DNA of 61,189 bases, counting the filler, from Candidatus Hydrogenedentota bacterium (GTDB taxonomy: Bacteria > JBFMHD01), in NCBI GenBank assembly GCA_040752395.1. It is 5 parts of 5 records of this genome, joined end to end, with 100 filler letters (N's around TTAATTAATTAA, not from the genome) between each part and the next. Parts side by side here need not be neighbours in the genome. Positions count along the whole stretch, not along the records: positions 1 to 12,373 come from JBFMHD010000071.1; positions 12,474 to 24,747 come from JBFMHD010000072.1; 3 more parts are not named here. One strand, written 5' to 3'. Under the pieces are notes generated by a model. The model had not been told where the DNA came from. It searched no databases and saw only the letters and a list, made by a program, of their open reading frames with translations. The position numbers and the translations under genes are program-made. This document shows, one piece after another, positions 9,780-19,235 of the stretch. Every line of letters begins with the position of its first letter. Position 1 is the first letter of the stretch.

Positions 9780-10997
9780 TTATGGTCTGGATTTGGAGAT
9801 TATATCCTCAATTAATGGTATTAATTTAGAGAGATGATGCTGTTTTGTAAAATTATTAAGCACGATTCTGCGACCCTCGCTCCCAAACCGCTCTCTGGAT
9901 TCTCTATCTAATAACAATTTTTCAATTCTATTTTTTAAACAATTTAGATCTTTTCTTTCCACAAGAAAACCACAAACACCATCTTTTAACCAATCAGATA
10001 CACCACCACCGTTGAACCCGACAACAGGGGTTTCGCAGGCGAGAGATTCGATACCAACAATCCCAAATGGTTCAGGCCAGATAGACGGGAAAACAGTTAA
10101 TGTTGCCTTGCGATAGTAATCAACAAGTTCCTTATTTGGAATGAAGTTTTGAACTATTACCCTATCAGCGAACCCCAACTCTTTTGATTGTTTTAAGATA
10201 TCTTCTTTCAAAGGACCTTCCCCGATTATTCTATATCTCCATAATAGATTCGTATTTTTTAAAGCAGGGAGCAATAGATGTGGACCCTTTGGAGTTACAA
10301 CACGGCCTATAAATAGTATCTCTGGAGGCTCTATTTTTTGGATAGAATTATCAGGGGAAAACATAACTGGATCTATATAATATGGAATTTTATGTATCAG
10401 TGATGGAGGAACACTATGTTTTATTAAAAGTTTGCTTATATAATCACTGGGAGTAATCAATGCTTTAGCTAACTTAGCTGTTTTTAAAAGACGCAAGCCT
10501 GTTAATATTGTTTTTAAGTTTAAATCCGGTCTTCTTGGGCTACATCGTTCTTTATAAGTTCTTAAAAAACAACTGGTTCCAAATTTGTGTTCACAGATTT
10601 TATCCGAGTAGTTTAGAATTCGTCTGCCATTATAGCACGTTAGCCTGACTCCATTTACATATCTTATAACAGGAAAATTCCTGCATAAAAATTCAGAGAC
10701 AAAAGGGTTCTGTAATTCCGAGACATATATGAGATCGGGTTTTTCAGAAAATACTGACTTTTTAAATTCCTCTATTAGGCTTTTTGTATTTTTATAATAT
10801 ATATGAAAGAAACCTGGTGGCCAGCGTTTGGTTGAAAATTTACTGGCCAACTCCGAAGAAACAGGGTCTTCACTAAAATAGACTTTTATCTCATAGCCTA
10901 TCTTTTGTAACTCAAAGAGTACATCATAAAGATATTGTTCAGCCCCACCCTCAAAATTTAGATTGATATGGACTGCAAGTATTTTAGATTTTAACAT
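9780..10997 (-). CDS. Glycosyltransferase family 4
   Basis: GGAE, FIGR..PKG, EPFGIVGIESLACETPVV; start likely MLKSK at 10997. Confidence 0.9.
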   Translation of the reverse strand: MLKSKILAVHINLNFEGGAEQYLYDVLFELQKIGYEIKVYFSEDPVSSELASKFSTKRWPPGFFHIYYKNTKSLIEEFKKSVFSEKPDLIYVSELQNPFVSEFLCRNFPVIRYVNGVRLTCYNGRRILNYSDKICEHKFGTSCFLRTYKERCSPRRPDLNLKTILTGLRLLKTAKLAKALITPSDYISKLLIKHSVPPSLIHKIPYYIDPVMFSPDNSIQKIEPPEILFIGRVVTPKGPHLLLPALKNTNLLWRYRIIGEGPLKEDILKQSKELGFADRVIVQNFIPNKELVDYYRKATLTVFPSIWPEPFGIVGIESLACETPVVGFNGGGVSDWLKDGVCGFLVERKDLNCLKNRIEKLLLDRESRERFGSEGRRIVLNNFTKQHHLSKLIPLIEDIISKSRP

Positions 10998-11760
10998 TCT
11001 GGAATATATGAGCATTGTATTCTGGATTATAAAGATTTACAATACCATGAGCGATATCTGTTATATAAAGTCTTGAATTCTCAATCATAGCTTTTTTAAA
11101 AGAGACACCAGAGCAAAATAATGTTACATGCATTACTTCCTCAGTGGTCCAGGTGGCTATAGAATGTCTTCCTCCGTCGGTCATTCCGTGGTCAGAAAGA
11201 CATATTATATTATAATTCCCGGGGCATACTTTTTCAGCCACTTTAATTATCTGGCCTACTCTTTCGTCGCATCGTTTTATAGCCCAGATATAAGGTGATT
11301 GAAAGGAATAAATATGTCTATGAGCATCTCTACAGACGTGTGCGTATTCGTCAGGTTCTACAAAATACACATAAATAAAATCAAAATCTTTTAATATTTC
11401 CTTAACAACATCTGTTCTGACCTGGTCTGAACGGTAATGATGGTTCGCATCGTATAAATTATCCCAATTAGCTGTAGCACCTCGTCCTGTATATGGGTCA
11501 GTACCGATTGAAGCTGTTCTTAATCCCAATTGACCAAGGGTATCAAAAACAGTTTGGTGTCTATTATAATCCTGATGTCCAACGAGTATTTTACTCTGAC
11601 AATGGTTTGTTAAAACAGGTTCGAAAGTAAAAACATTTGTAAACCAGATACCATTTTTGATGATGTTTTGAAAATTAGGTAACCCAACCCAGTTATCGAT
11701 AAGCCTGACAGCATCATATCTTACGCCATCGAGAAGACAAAGGATCGTCTTAAACATCAT
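10984..11760 (-). CDS. Alkaline phosphatase superfamily protein (nucleotide pyrophosphatase/phosphodiesterase-like)
   Basis: LLDGVRYD, PVLT nucleophile region, DEYAH, LSDHGM motifs. Confidence 0.8.
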   Translation of the reverse strand: MMFKTILCLLDGVRYDAVRLIDNWVGLPNFQNIIKNGIWFTNVFTFEPVLTNHCQSKILVGHQDYNRHQTVFDTLGQLGLRTASIGTDPYTGRGATANWDNLYDANHHYRSDQVRTDVVKEILKDFDFIYVYFVEPDEYAHVCRDAHRHIYSFQSPYIWAIKRCDERVGQIIKVAEKVCPGNYNIICLSDHGMTDGGRHSIATWTTEEVMHVTLFCSGVSFKKAMIENSRLYITDIAHGIVNLYNPEYNAHIFQNVKI

Positions 11761-11769
11761 CTTGCCTCT

Positions 11770-12243
11770 TTATAATAGACTGATATATTTTATCAACTCG
11801 TTCCAGCACTCAGGTGCTTTAAAAAAATATATTCCGAAACGTTTACACTCATCTTCAAGTTCTTCCTGATCATCAAATAGATTTATAGATTCTCTTGAAT
11901 GCTCGATAATCTTTTTAAATATATCACTTTTGTAGTGTAATCTTGTTCGTTTATCACCATTTGACCTCATATATAGTTTTACCCATTTACTAAAACCATT
12001 TTTATTCAGCCACTTAATAGTAACATCTCTTAACTTTTCCTGTCTTGAAGACAAAAAGACAAGCGGATGCCTTAAGGAGAGTTTGAATAATATCTCTTTA
12101 GAATATTTAATTGGGGGGTCTTTTTCAATAAGTTCGGGAGTATCATAATAATCCCAGTCAAACGAACCATCAGGATTACGTTTTAATCTATGTTGTGTAT
12201 CAGCAATGGTATCGTCGATATTTACGATAATCATAAAAATCAC
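11770..12243 (-). CDS. HAD-superfamily phosphatase-like protein (PNK 3'-phosphatase type)
   Basis: IVNIDDTIAD, LSSR, K and FDD motifs; first Asp of DxD appears as Asn. Confidence 0.7.
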   Translation of the reverse strand: MIFMIIVNIDDTIADTQHRLKRNPDGSFDWDYYDTPELIEKDPPIKYSKEILFKLSLRHPLVFLSSRQEKLRDVTIKWLNKNGFSKWVKLYMRSNGDKRTRLHYKSDIFKKIIEHSRESINLFDDQEELEDECKRFGIYFFKAPECWNELIKYISLL

Positions 12244-12373
12244 CTCTTTTTTTCCATTTCTGTCTCCTGTCTTCTTAATTTACATATTTATTTAATTTTG
12301 CAAAGAGAAATCTCTTGTATTTTGATAGAGCCCGATATACTATAGAAAATACGAGAGAAAGAAATGCAATTTA

Positions 12374-12473
12374 NNNNNNNNNNNNNNNNNNNNNNNNNNN
12401 NNNNNNNNNNNNNNNNNTTAATTAATTAANNNNNNNNNNNNNNNNNNNNNNNNNNNNNNNNNNNNNNNNNNNN
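12374..12473. other. Artificial contig linker
   Basis: N-run, TTAATTAATTAA (stops in all six frames), N-run; 100 bp. Confidence 0.98.
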
Positions 12474-12908
12474 CCCGCAGCCCGCAAGCGCTAATACCTC
12501 TGAATCAGGGTTTGCACAACAAGAAGCAGAAATAGCGCTTACACAAGCAGTCCGTAGCCCGGTTAGAAAACTGCAATCCATAACAGCAAGCGGGATGCCG
12601 GTCTTCACGTCGTTATATATCTGGATACCACTGACATTAGGCAGATTGAACTTATAATTATTTGCGAAACCGCTGACCCATTTCAGACCACAAGCGCCGA
12701 GTTGTTTTAGATAAGCTGGCATCGCATGGATAAAATTTGCAGGGTGTGTTTCAGTTGGATGAACACCAATTTTGGGATGCATCTCGTATGTGTTATTTGA
12801 ATGCTCAATCAATGCCTGTTTAATAACAGCCGCAACTTCTGATACTGTCAGGTTAAGCGAAATGATGTCATTTTGCGAAAGAAAAAGTATATCAATTTTT
12901 GCCACCAT
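12474..12908 (-). CDS. Ornithine cyclodeaminase/mu-crystallin family, 5' part (cut by contig end)
   Basis: FIHAMPAY, GLKWVSG, LTGLRTA, start of Rossmann LAGCG. Confidence 0.85.
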
Positions 12909-13054
12909 ACTACATCTCACTAAAATTATATTCTTCAGTGAATAATTTGTCGGTCATTATAAATATAATATAATAAGTTTTGGTTCTCTACTGTCAAGCC
13001 GAAAAAGAAAAAGGCTCAATAATTTTCTTGAATAAATTTATGATTTAAGTCATA

Positions 13055-13079
13055 GTAGTGGCAGACCTATGTGTCTGGC
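13055..13079 (+). repeat. GTAG-type REP-like hairpin
   Basis: GTAGTGG-CAGAC-CTATGT-GTCTG-GC, followed by GAAGCAA heptamers. Confidence 0.45.
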
Positions 13080-13125
13080 TGAAGCAAGAAGCGAAAAGAA
13101 TTAGAATGTGCCGTAATATGAAATT

Positions 13126-14073
13126 ATGAACAACGAACAAGATTTAATCGAAAATGTGGTTATAATCGGTAGTGGGATCGCCGGATATACCGCTTCTATA
13201 TATACAGCTCGTGCTAACTTAAATCCTGTATTATTTACAGGTCAAAGGCCCGGTGGTCAGCTTATTATCACTACTGAGGTTGAAAATTATCCAGGATTCC
13301 CGCAAGGTATCAAAGGCCCTGAACTTATGGAGAATATTAAAAAACAAGCTATAAAATTCAATACAAGAGTTGTTGATTCTATTGTTAAAGAGGTTAACTT
13401 AAAAGATGAAATAAAGATTGTAAAATATAATGATAAAACTATTAAAACTTATTCTGTTATTATCGCAACAGGTGCTACTGCGCAATGGCTTAATATCGCG
13501 GGTGAAAAAGAGTATAGGGGTAGGGGAGTTTCGGCATGCGCTACCTGCGATGGCTTCTTTTTCAGAGATGGTGTTGTCGTTGTTATTGGTGGCGGTGATA
13601 CAGCTATGGAAGAGGCTTTATTTCTTACTAAATTTGCTTCAAAGGTTATTGTCTGCCATAGAAGAGATAAATTAAGAGCTTCTAAAATTATGCAGGATAG
13701 AGCCTTTAGTAACAGAAAAATAGAGTTTGTATGGAATAGTTTACCTGTAGAAATGATTGGAGATGGAAATAAAATAACTGCGTTAAAGATAAAGAATAAA
13801 CTCAGTGATAAAGAAGAAATCATTGCTTGTGATGGGATTTTCGTTGCTATAGGACATAGACCAGAAACAGATATTTTTAAAGACCAGATCGAACTTGACG
13901 AAAAGGAATATATAGTTTTAAAAGATAGAACAAGCAGAACAAATATAGAGGGAGTATTTGCCTGTGGTGATGTGGTTGATGCAAGGTATAGACAGGCTAT
14001 AACTGCTGGTGGCATGGGTTGTATCGCCGCTATGGATGCTATATTTTATCTGCAAGAGAAGCGGATCGTATGA
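13126..14073 (+). CDS. trxB: Thioredoxin reductase
   Basis: IIGSG.AG, GGQL, SACATCDG, GGGDTAMEEA, YRQAIT. Confidence 0.96.
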   Translation: MNNEQDLIENVVIIGSGIAGYTASIYTARANLNPVLFTGQRPGGQLIITTEVENYPGFPQGIKGPELMENIKKQAIKFNTRVVDSIVKEVNLKDEIKIVKYNDKTIKTYSVIIATGATAQWLNIAGEKEYRGRGVSACATCDGFFFRDGVVVVIGGGDTAMEEALFLTKFASKVIVCHRRDKLRASKIMQDRAFSNRKIEFVWNSLPVEMIGDGNKITALKIKNKLSDKEEIIACDGIFVAIGHRPETDIFKDQIELDEKEYIVLKDRTSRTNIEGVFACGDVVDARYRQAITAGGMGCIAAMDAIFYLQEKRIV

Positions 14074-15257
14074 TTGAGATAATTTTGTTAATTTTTAGTC
14101 TTGTTTCTCTTATAATTATTGCGGCTTTATATCTCAAAATAAATCAGATAATTAATAACAGGGCTATAGAGGAACTTAAAATTTTAATAAATACTTTAGA
14201 TAAATCGTTATTGCGGATTGAATCTCTATTCAGAGAAGAGCTGGGTAGGAACAGAGGTGAACTTTTTATTCAGCTTGAGAAGATAAGAGAGACGATTGAA
14301 AATAAACTCACATCAATCCAGAACGACAATAACGAAAAATTAGAAAAAATGAGGCAGACGGTTGATGAAAAACTTCATCAAACATTAGAAAAACGGCTCA
14401 GCGAATCATTTACTATTGTGAGTGAGCGATTGGAGCAGGTGCACAAAGGGTTAGGTGAGATGCAGAATTTAGCAGTGGGTGTCGGCGATCTGAAAAAGGT
14501 TTTGTCCAATGTTAAAAGCCGGGGCGTTTTTGGCGAGATACAGCTTGCGAATATCCTGGAACAGATTTTAAATCCAAGTCAGTATGAGAAAAACGTACCT
14601 ACAAAAAAGGAGAGTAGAGAAAACGTCGAGTTCGCTATTAAACTTCCTGGTAAAGATGATATCGGACATACTGTATATTTGCCCATCGACTCCAAATTCC
14701 CGCTCGAGTACTACTATACATTAGTTGATGCGTATGAACAGGTTGATACATTAAAAATAGAGGTTGCTACCAGAGAACTGGAAACAGTGATTAAAAGATG
14801 TGCTAAAGACATAAGAGATAAATACCTTAATCCGCCAGATACAACAGATTTCGGGATTATGTTTTTACCGGTTGAAGGGTTATATGCTGAAGTCGTTCGT
14901 AGAACTGCTATGATAGAGGTTTTGCAACGAGAATATAAAATTGTTGTCACAGGACCTACAACACTCGCAGCTCTATTAAACAGTTTGCAGATGGGATTTA
15001 AAACACTTGCTATAGAAAAACGTTCAAGTGAGGTGTGGAAGGTATTAGGTGCTGTAAAAACCGAGTTTGAAAGATTTGGCGATGTTTTGAAAAAAGCACA
15101 GGATAAAATCAGTCAGGCAGGTGATGAGTTGGATACCTTAATAGGTACAAGAACTAAACAGATTCAAAAAAAATTGAAAGATGTTCAAGAACTGCCGTCG
15201 CATGAGACACTGCTTTATTTATCAGATAATACCATAGATACTGATGAGTCGTCATGA
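14070..15257 (+). CDS. rmuC: DNA recombination protein RmuC
   Basis: RQTVDEKLHQTLE, RGVFGEIQL, LPIDSKFP, FLPVEGLYAE; ATG 14070 overlaps the trxB stop. Confidence 0.93.
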   Translation: MIEIILLIFSLVSLIIIAALYLKINQIINNRAIEELKILINTLDKSLLRIESLFREELGRNRGELFIQLEKIRETIENKLTSIQNDNNEKLEKMRQTVDEKLHQTLEKRLSESFTIVSERLEQVHKGLGEMQNLAVGVGDLKKVLSNVKSRGVFGEIQLANILEQILNPSQYEKNVPTKKESRENVEFAIKLPGKDDIGHTVYLPIDSKFPLEYYYTLVDAYEQVDTLKIEVATRELETVIKRCAKDIRDKYLNPPDTTDFGIMFLPVEGLYAEVVRRTAMIEVLQREYKIVVTGPTTLAALLNSLQMGFKTLAIEKRSSEVWKVLGAVKTEFERFGDVLKKAQDKISQAGDELDTLIGTRTKQIQKKLKDVQELPSHETLLYLSDNTIDTDESS

Positions 15258-15414
15258 GCGCTTTTGTGATCCACACTATTGGGTTCTTGGGTTCTTGGGT
15301 TATTGCGTTTTTGCGTTTTTGCGCTCTACACAAAGTAGGAAAAACCAGATGTTTGTTTATCTTGCTTCTTGCTTCTACTTGATATTATTAGAGTTACAAC
15401 GTTTTTCAGAGGAG
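15246..15414 (+). repeat. Modular intergenic repeat; core 15379-15414 ends in the RBS of the next gene
   Basis: GAGTCGTCATGAGCGC + (TTGGGTTC)n + GCGCTCTACAC + (TTGCTTC)n + core; ATG 7 nt after GGAG. Confidence 0.92.
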
Positions 15415-15421
15415 GGATATT

Positions 15422-16618
15422 ATGCGATTTAAATTAATAATTTTTATGATTTCGGTTCTTTTAGTAACAACCAATATTTTTGCCTATGAAGAGGATACTG
15501 TTTTTTATGCAAAAGATATTCTTGAGGAAGTTTATCTTAGAGGACCTGCGTTTACTACTGATGAAATTGTTTATCACGATGGATTATTTTATGAGTTCAG
15601 TATCAGTTCTAAATTCGGTAATTACGAGGCTTATTCTGCGGAAGGTCTTTTAATAAGAAAACATGAGCTCGAAACTATGGATAGGTTTGAAGAAATCCGT
15701 GCCGGTGATGAGGTGTTAAAAGGGTTCGGAAATACTCTTGTTGGCGTGGGAAGAGGTGTTGGCGAAGCGGTACTGCATCCAATAGAAACTGTTAAACGTT
15801 TACCCAAAGGTATCGGTAAAATTTTTGGCCGTTTAATCCGTATCGGCAAAAAACATCCTGCTGAAGAGAATAAAACCATTATGCAGGTATTAAGCTCAGG
15901 TGAAAAACGTAAGATCGCTGTTGAACTTGAGGTCGACGTCTATTCTGATAATGAAAAACTTCAAGAGATGTTATACCAGCTTGCTAAATACAGAACTGTC
16001 GGCGGAGGCTCGTTAAAGATAGGTGCTTTTTTTATACCCGGCACAGCGGCTGTGGTCTATAGCATCGGAAGTATTAATCAGGATGTTAAAAATCTTATCA
16101 GAGATAATAATGCTATTGAACTTGAATATATTAATAATAACAAATTAAAAGACCAGGCAATTGATGAAGAATTGAGATTAAAATTCTTGAAGAATACTGT
16201 TTTTACGCCCACAGACCAGACAGTAATTGTTGAATGTCTTGAAAAAATCGGCGCTTTAGAAGGCGAGGATATTTATCTGGAACTCTGTTCCAATATAAAT
16301 GATAAAAAATCAGCTCTGTTTTATCGAAAAACCGTTGAAATACTACTTGTTATGAAAGAAAAAGGTTATCTGCTTGAAAAAATATACAATGTTGATGATG
16401 TTATCTGTGCTTTATGTGATGATATGATTTTTATAGTTCTTCCGTCTGATATGCTCTCTTATACACCTGAAATCGAAGAATTAATAAAGAACACAAAGAA
16501 CAGATTCGAAGATAAAAGCATCACTCTTCTTACATCCGGGAAAATATCTGACCGATTAAAAGAATATCTTGAGAATAAAACAACGATTGTTTTCCTTGAA
16601 AAATTCGGTAAAGAGTGA
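15422..16618 (+). CDS. Secreted hypothetical protein
   Basis: 398-aa ORF with signal peptide-like N-terminus (..TNIFA|YEE) and RBS. Confidence 0.75.
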   Translation: MRFKLIIFMISVLLVTTNIFAYEEDTVFYAKDILEEVYLRGPAFTTDEIVYHDGLFYEFSISSKFGNYEAYSAEGLLIRKHELETMDRFEEIRAGDEVLKGFGNTLVGVGRGVGEAVLHPIETVKRLPKGIGKIFGRLIRIGKKHPAEENKTIMQVLSSGEKRKIAVELEVDVYSDNEKLQEMLYQLAKYRTVGGGSLKIGAFFIPGTAAVVYSIGSINQDVKNLIRDNNAIELEYINNNKLKDQAIDEELRLKFLKNTVFTPTDQTVIVECLEKIGALEGEDIYLELCSNINDKKSALFYRKTVEILLVMKEKGYLLEKIYNVDDVICALCDDMIFIVLPSDMLSYTPEIEELIKNTKNRFEDKSITLLTSGKISDRLKEYLENKTTIVFLEKFGKE

Positions 16619-16763
16619 ACTGAACTACATTATCTTACTATAACGTAATGCCTCAGTCTCTGGTGGAGTTTCCTTAATCTTGCTTCTTAAGTAAATTCTA
16701 CCGCACCAATAACTGACGGATTACACTATAACCAATCAGGAGTGGTAGTTGGGGGGGTGTACT

Positions 16764-19058
16764 ATGGCTATCGGTGATAGTGTTATAAGAAAAGATGCTT
16801 ATGAAAAGGTTACAGGTAAATCTTTATATGCAGCTGATATAAAGATTCATGGCATGCTCTATGGCGGTGTTGTAAGAAGCCCATACTCTGCTTCTAAAAT
16901 TATAAAGATTGATAAAAATAAAGCACTTAAGATCCCTGGAGTTGTCTGTGTTTTAACTTACGAGGATATCCCCGGCAAAAATGTTGTACCGTTAATTAAA
17001 ATGGATTTGCCGGTTTTAGCGGATAAAGAAGCAAGATTTGCAGGTGAGGCTGTTGCGTTAGTAGCAGCAACAACAATAGATGCTCTGGAACAAGGTATAA
17101 TGAATGTTGAAGTCTCATACAAAGAGATTGAACCGGTGATTGTTCCCGAAGAAGCCTTAAAACCCAAAAGCCGTATCGTAAACCCGCATTTTGAAAATAA
17201 TATTATCTCTGAATATAGAATTATCAAAGGTAAAGAGATTGAAGATGCTTTCAGCGAATGTGATTATATTGTAGAAGATAGATACGAAACACCGCATCAG
17301 GAACACTCATATCTTGAACCCCAGGGTATGGTGGCTATACCGCATCCTGATGGCACAATGGAGGTCCAGGGCTCGATGCAATGTCCGTTTTATGTTCTTG
17401 ATGCTGTAGCATCTGTCCTTTCGCTACCGCGTGCTAAGGTAAGGATAATCCAGGCTTGTGTTGGTGGCGCATTTGGCGGCAAAGAAGACGTACCAAGTAT
17501 TGTAGCGGCTCACACAGCTTTACTCGCGTATCATACTCAAAAACCCATGCAGATAATATATTCACGGCAAGAAGATATGGAGAGTACATCTAAACGTCAC
17601 CCTGGAATAATTAAATATAAATCAGGTATAAAAAAAGATGGGACATTACACGCTGTTAAAGTTGAGTATATTTTAAACGGAGGTGCTTATGCTACGTTAA
17701 GTCCTGTTGTTATGTGGCGCGGTAATGTTCATTCAGTTGGACCCTATAGATGCCCGAATGTTTATGTTCATACCCGAGCTGTGTGTACAAATACTGTGCC
17801 TAACGGCGCTTTTCGTGGGTTCGGGACGCCACAGGTTATATTTGCAATAGAGAGTCAGATGGATAGACTTGCTTTTAAAGCAGGGTTGTCACCGCTTGAG
17901 ATAAGATTAAAAAATGGTTTAAAGATAGGGGATGAGACAGCAACGGGTCATAAGCTTACTGAAAGCGTTGGTTTTATAGATACACTTAAGGCTGCTTCAT
18001 TGGAGATGGACTATGAAAAAAAATTCGAAGGATATAAAAGTCAAAATGGAAGGATACGAAAAGGTATTGGAATAGGGGCATTAATATATGGGGTAGGATT
18101 AGGAGCTGGTGGCAAACACCTTGAGAAAGCAGGCGCATTTATTCAGATCCATAAAGATGGCTCAGTACAGGTCGCAGTAGGGCATACTGAGATGGGGCAG
18201 GGATTTTTGACTGTTGTAGCGCAAATAACCGCTGAAGCACTTGGGGTTGATTATGACAGAGTTCATATACTACCTATAGATACGAGCCGGGTGCCGGATT
18301 CAGGACCTACTGTTGCCTCACGCGCAACATTCATAAGTGGTAAAGCCATACTTGATGCTGCAGCGGCTATGAAAGAACGCATATTCACTCAGGCTGCAAA
18401 ACTACTTAACACAAAACCAGAAAATATAGAAGCAAAAAATGGAGAAATCTATCTTAAGTCTGATAATACTCAAAAAATTTCATATGATAAAGTGATATCT
18501 GAATGTTTTGCAAACAAGATACATCTTGCAGCATCTGGTTGGAGCGAGATGTCGAATACTTCATACAATATGGAAAACGGTCAGGGTGATGCATATTTCT
18601 GTTATACGTTCGCAACTAATATAGCTGAGGTCTCTGTTGATATGGAAACAGGTGAGGTAGAGGTTTTAAAAATCGCAAGCGCCTATGATTTAAAACCAGT
18701 AAATTATCAGCTTACAGAGGGTCAGATCGAGGGAGGTGTTACACAGGGGCTGGGTTATGCTCTTATGGAAGGACATTTACTTAAAAATGGTGTTATACAA
18801 AATAAAGATTTCTCGACATACCTGATACCTACATCCAAAGATGTACCCAAGATAAAACCAATAATTATACCAAATGAGTATAGTATGGGTCCGTTTGGGA
18901 TAAAAGGGTTTGGTGAGACACCCCTGATGGCCGTAGCACCAGCCATTGTGAACGCTATATATAATGCAACTGGTAAACGGATTACCATATTACCTGTAAC
19001 ACCTGAAAAGATACTCGGGCATTTTACAATTTCCAATTTCCAATTTTTACCCCGTTAG
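16764..19058 (+). CDS. Xanthine dehydrogenase-family molybdopterin-binding subunit
   Basis: RKDAYEKVTG, GGAFGGK, AFRGFG.PQ, EMGQG, TVASR, GQIEGG, KGFGE. Confidence 0.93.
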   Translation: MAIGDSVIRKDAYEKVTGKSLYAADIKIHGMLYGGVVRSPYSASKIIKIDKNKALKIPGVVCVLTYEDIPGKNVVPLIKMDLPVLADKEARFAGEAVALVAATTIDALEQGIMNVEVSYKEIEPVIVPEEALKPKSRIVNPHFENNIISEYRIIKGKEIEDAFSECDYIVEDRYETPHQEHSYLEPQGMVAIPHPDGTMEVQGSMQCPFYVLDAVASVLSLPRAKVRIIQACVGGAFGGKEDVPSIVAAHTALLAYHTQKPMQIIYSRQEDMESTSKRHPGIIKYKSGIKKDGTLHAVKVEYILNGGAYATLSPVVMWRGNVHSVGPYRCPNVYVHTRAVCTNTVPNGAFRGFGTPQVIFAIESQMDRLAFKAGLSPLEIRLKNGLKIGDETATGHKLTESVGFIDTLKAASLEMDYEKKFEGYKSQNGRIRKGIGIGALIYGVGLGAGGKHLEKAGAFIQIHKDGSVQVAVGHTEMGQGFLTVVAQITAEALGVDYDRVHILPIDTSRVPDSGPTVASRATFISGKAILDAAAAMKERIFTQAAKLLNTKPENIEAKNGEIYLKSDNTQKISYDKVISECFANKIHLAASGWSEMSNTSYNMENGQGDAYFCYTFATNIAEVSVDMETGEVEVLKIASAYDLKPVNYQLTEGQIEGGVTQGLGYALMEGHLLKNGVIQNKDFSTYLIPTSKDVPKIKPIIIPNEYSMGPFGIKGFGETPLMAVAPAIVNAIYNATGKRITILPVTPEKILGHFTISNFQFLPR

Positions 19059-19150
19059 ATAAGTTAAAATAATATTTAAATCTAACGGGGTGAAATTTGC
19101 AATTCGACATTTGCAGAATGTCGCCTTACTTCTCACCTCTGTCTTCTGTC
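19024..19150. mobile_element. Mini inverted-repeat element (ACCCCGTTAGAT...ATCTAACGGGGT) within a heptamer array
   Basis: Perfect 12-bp IRs at 19049-19060 and 19080-19091, flanked by TTCCAAT/TTGCAAT repeats. Confidence 0.6.
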
Positions 19151-19235
19151 TGCTTTATTTATTCACCACCTATAACTGAGAACGTGTGATATATTTTTTT
19201 ACACATTCTGAGGGGATAGGTTATAAAATAAGTAT

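Noticed and set aside
12374-12473. TTAATTAATTAA between N-runs, recurring about every 12 kb
   Set aside because: Artificial six-frame-stop linker. Segment lengths fall steadily (12373, 12274, 12078, 12067, 11997), as for size-sorted contigs.
15379-15414. 36-bp core as a CRISPR repeat
   Set aside because: Copies are dispersed rather than arrayed with unique spacers, the intervening DNA is itself repetitive, and no cas genes are visible.
15244-15432. Apparent small-protein family (MFVYLASC..., LLLLLDIIIVT...) at 15244, 24991, 27305 and 52150
   Set aside because: These are translations of the DNA repeat in different frames; reading frame and length are not conserved between copies.
16764-19058. 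Xdh large subunit without FAD and 2Fe-2S partners nearby
   Set aside because: Split Xdh-family loci are common and the partners may lie on other contigs.
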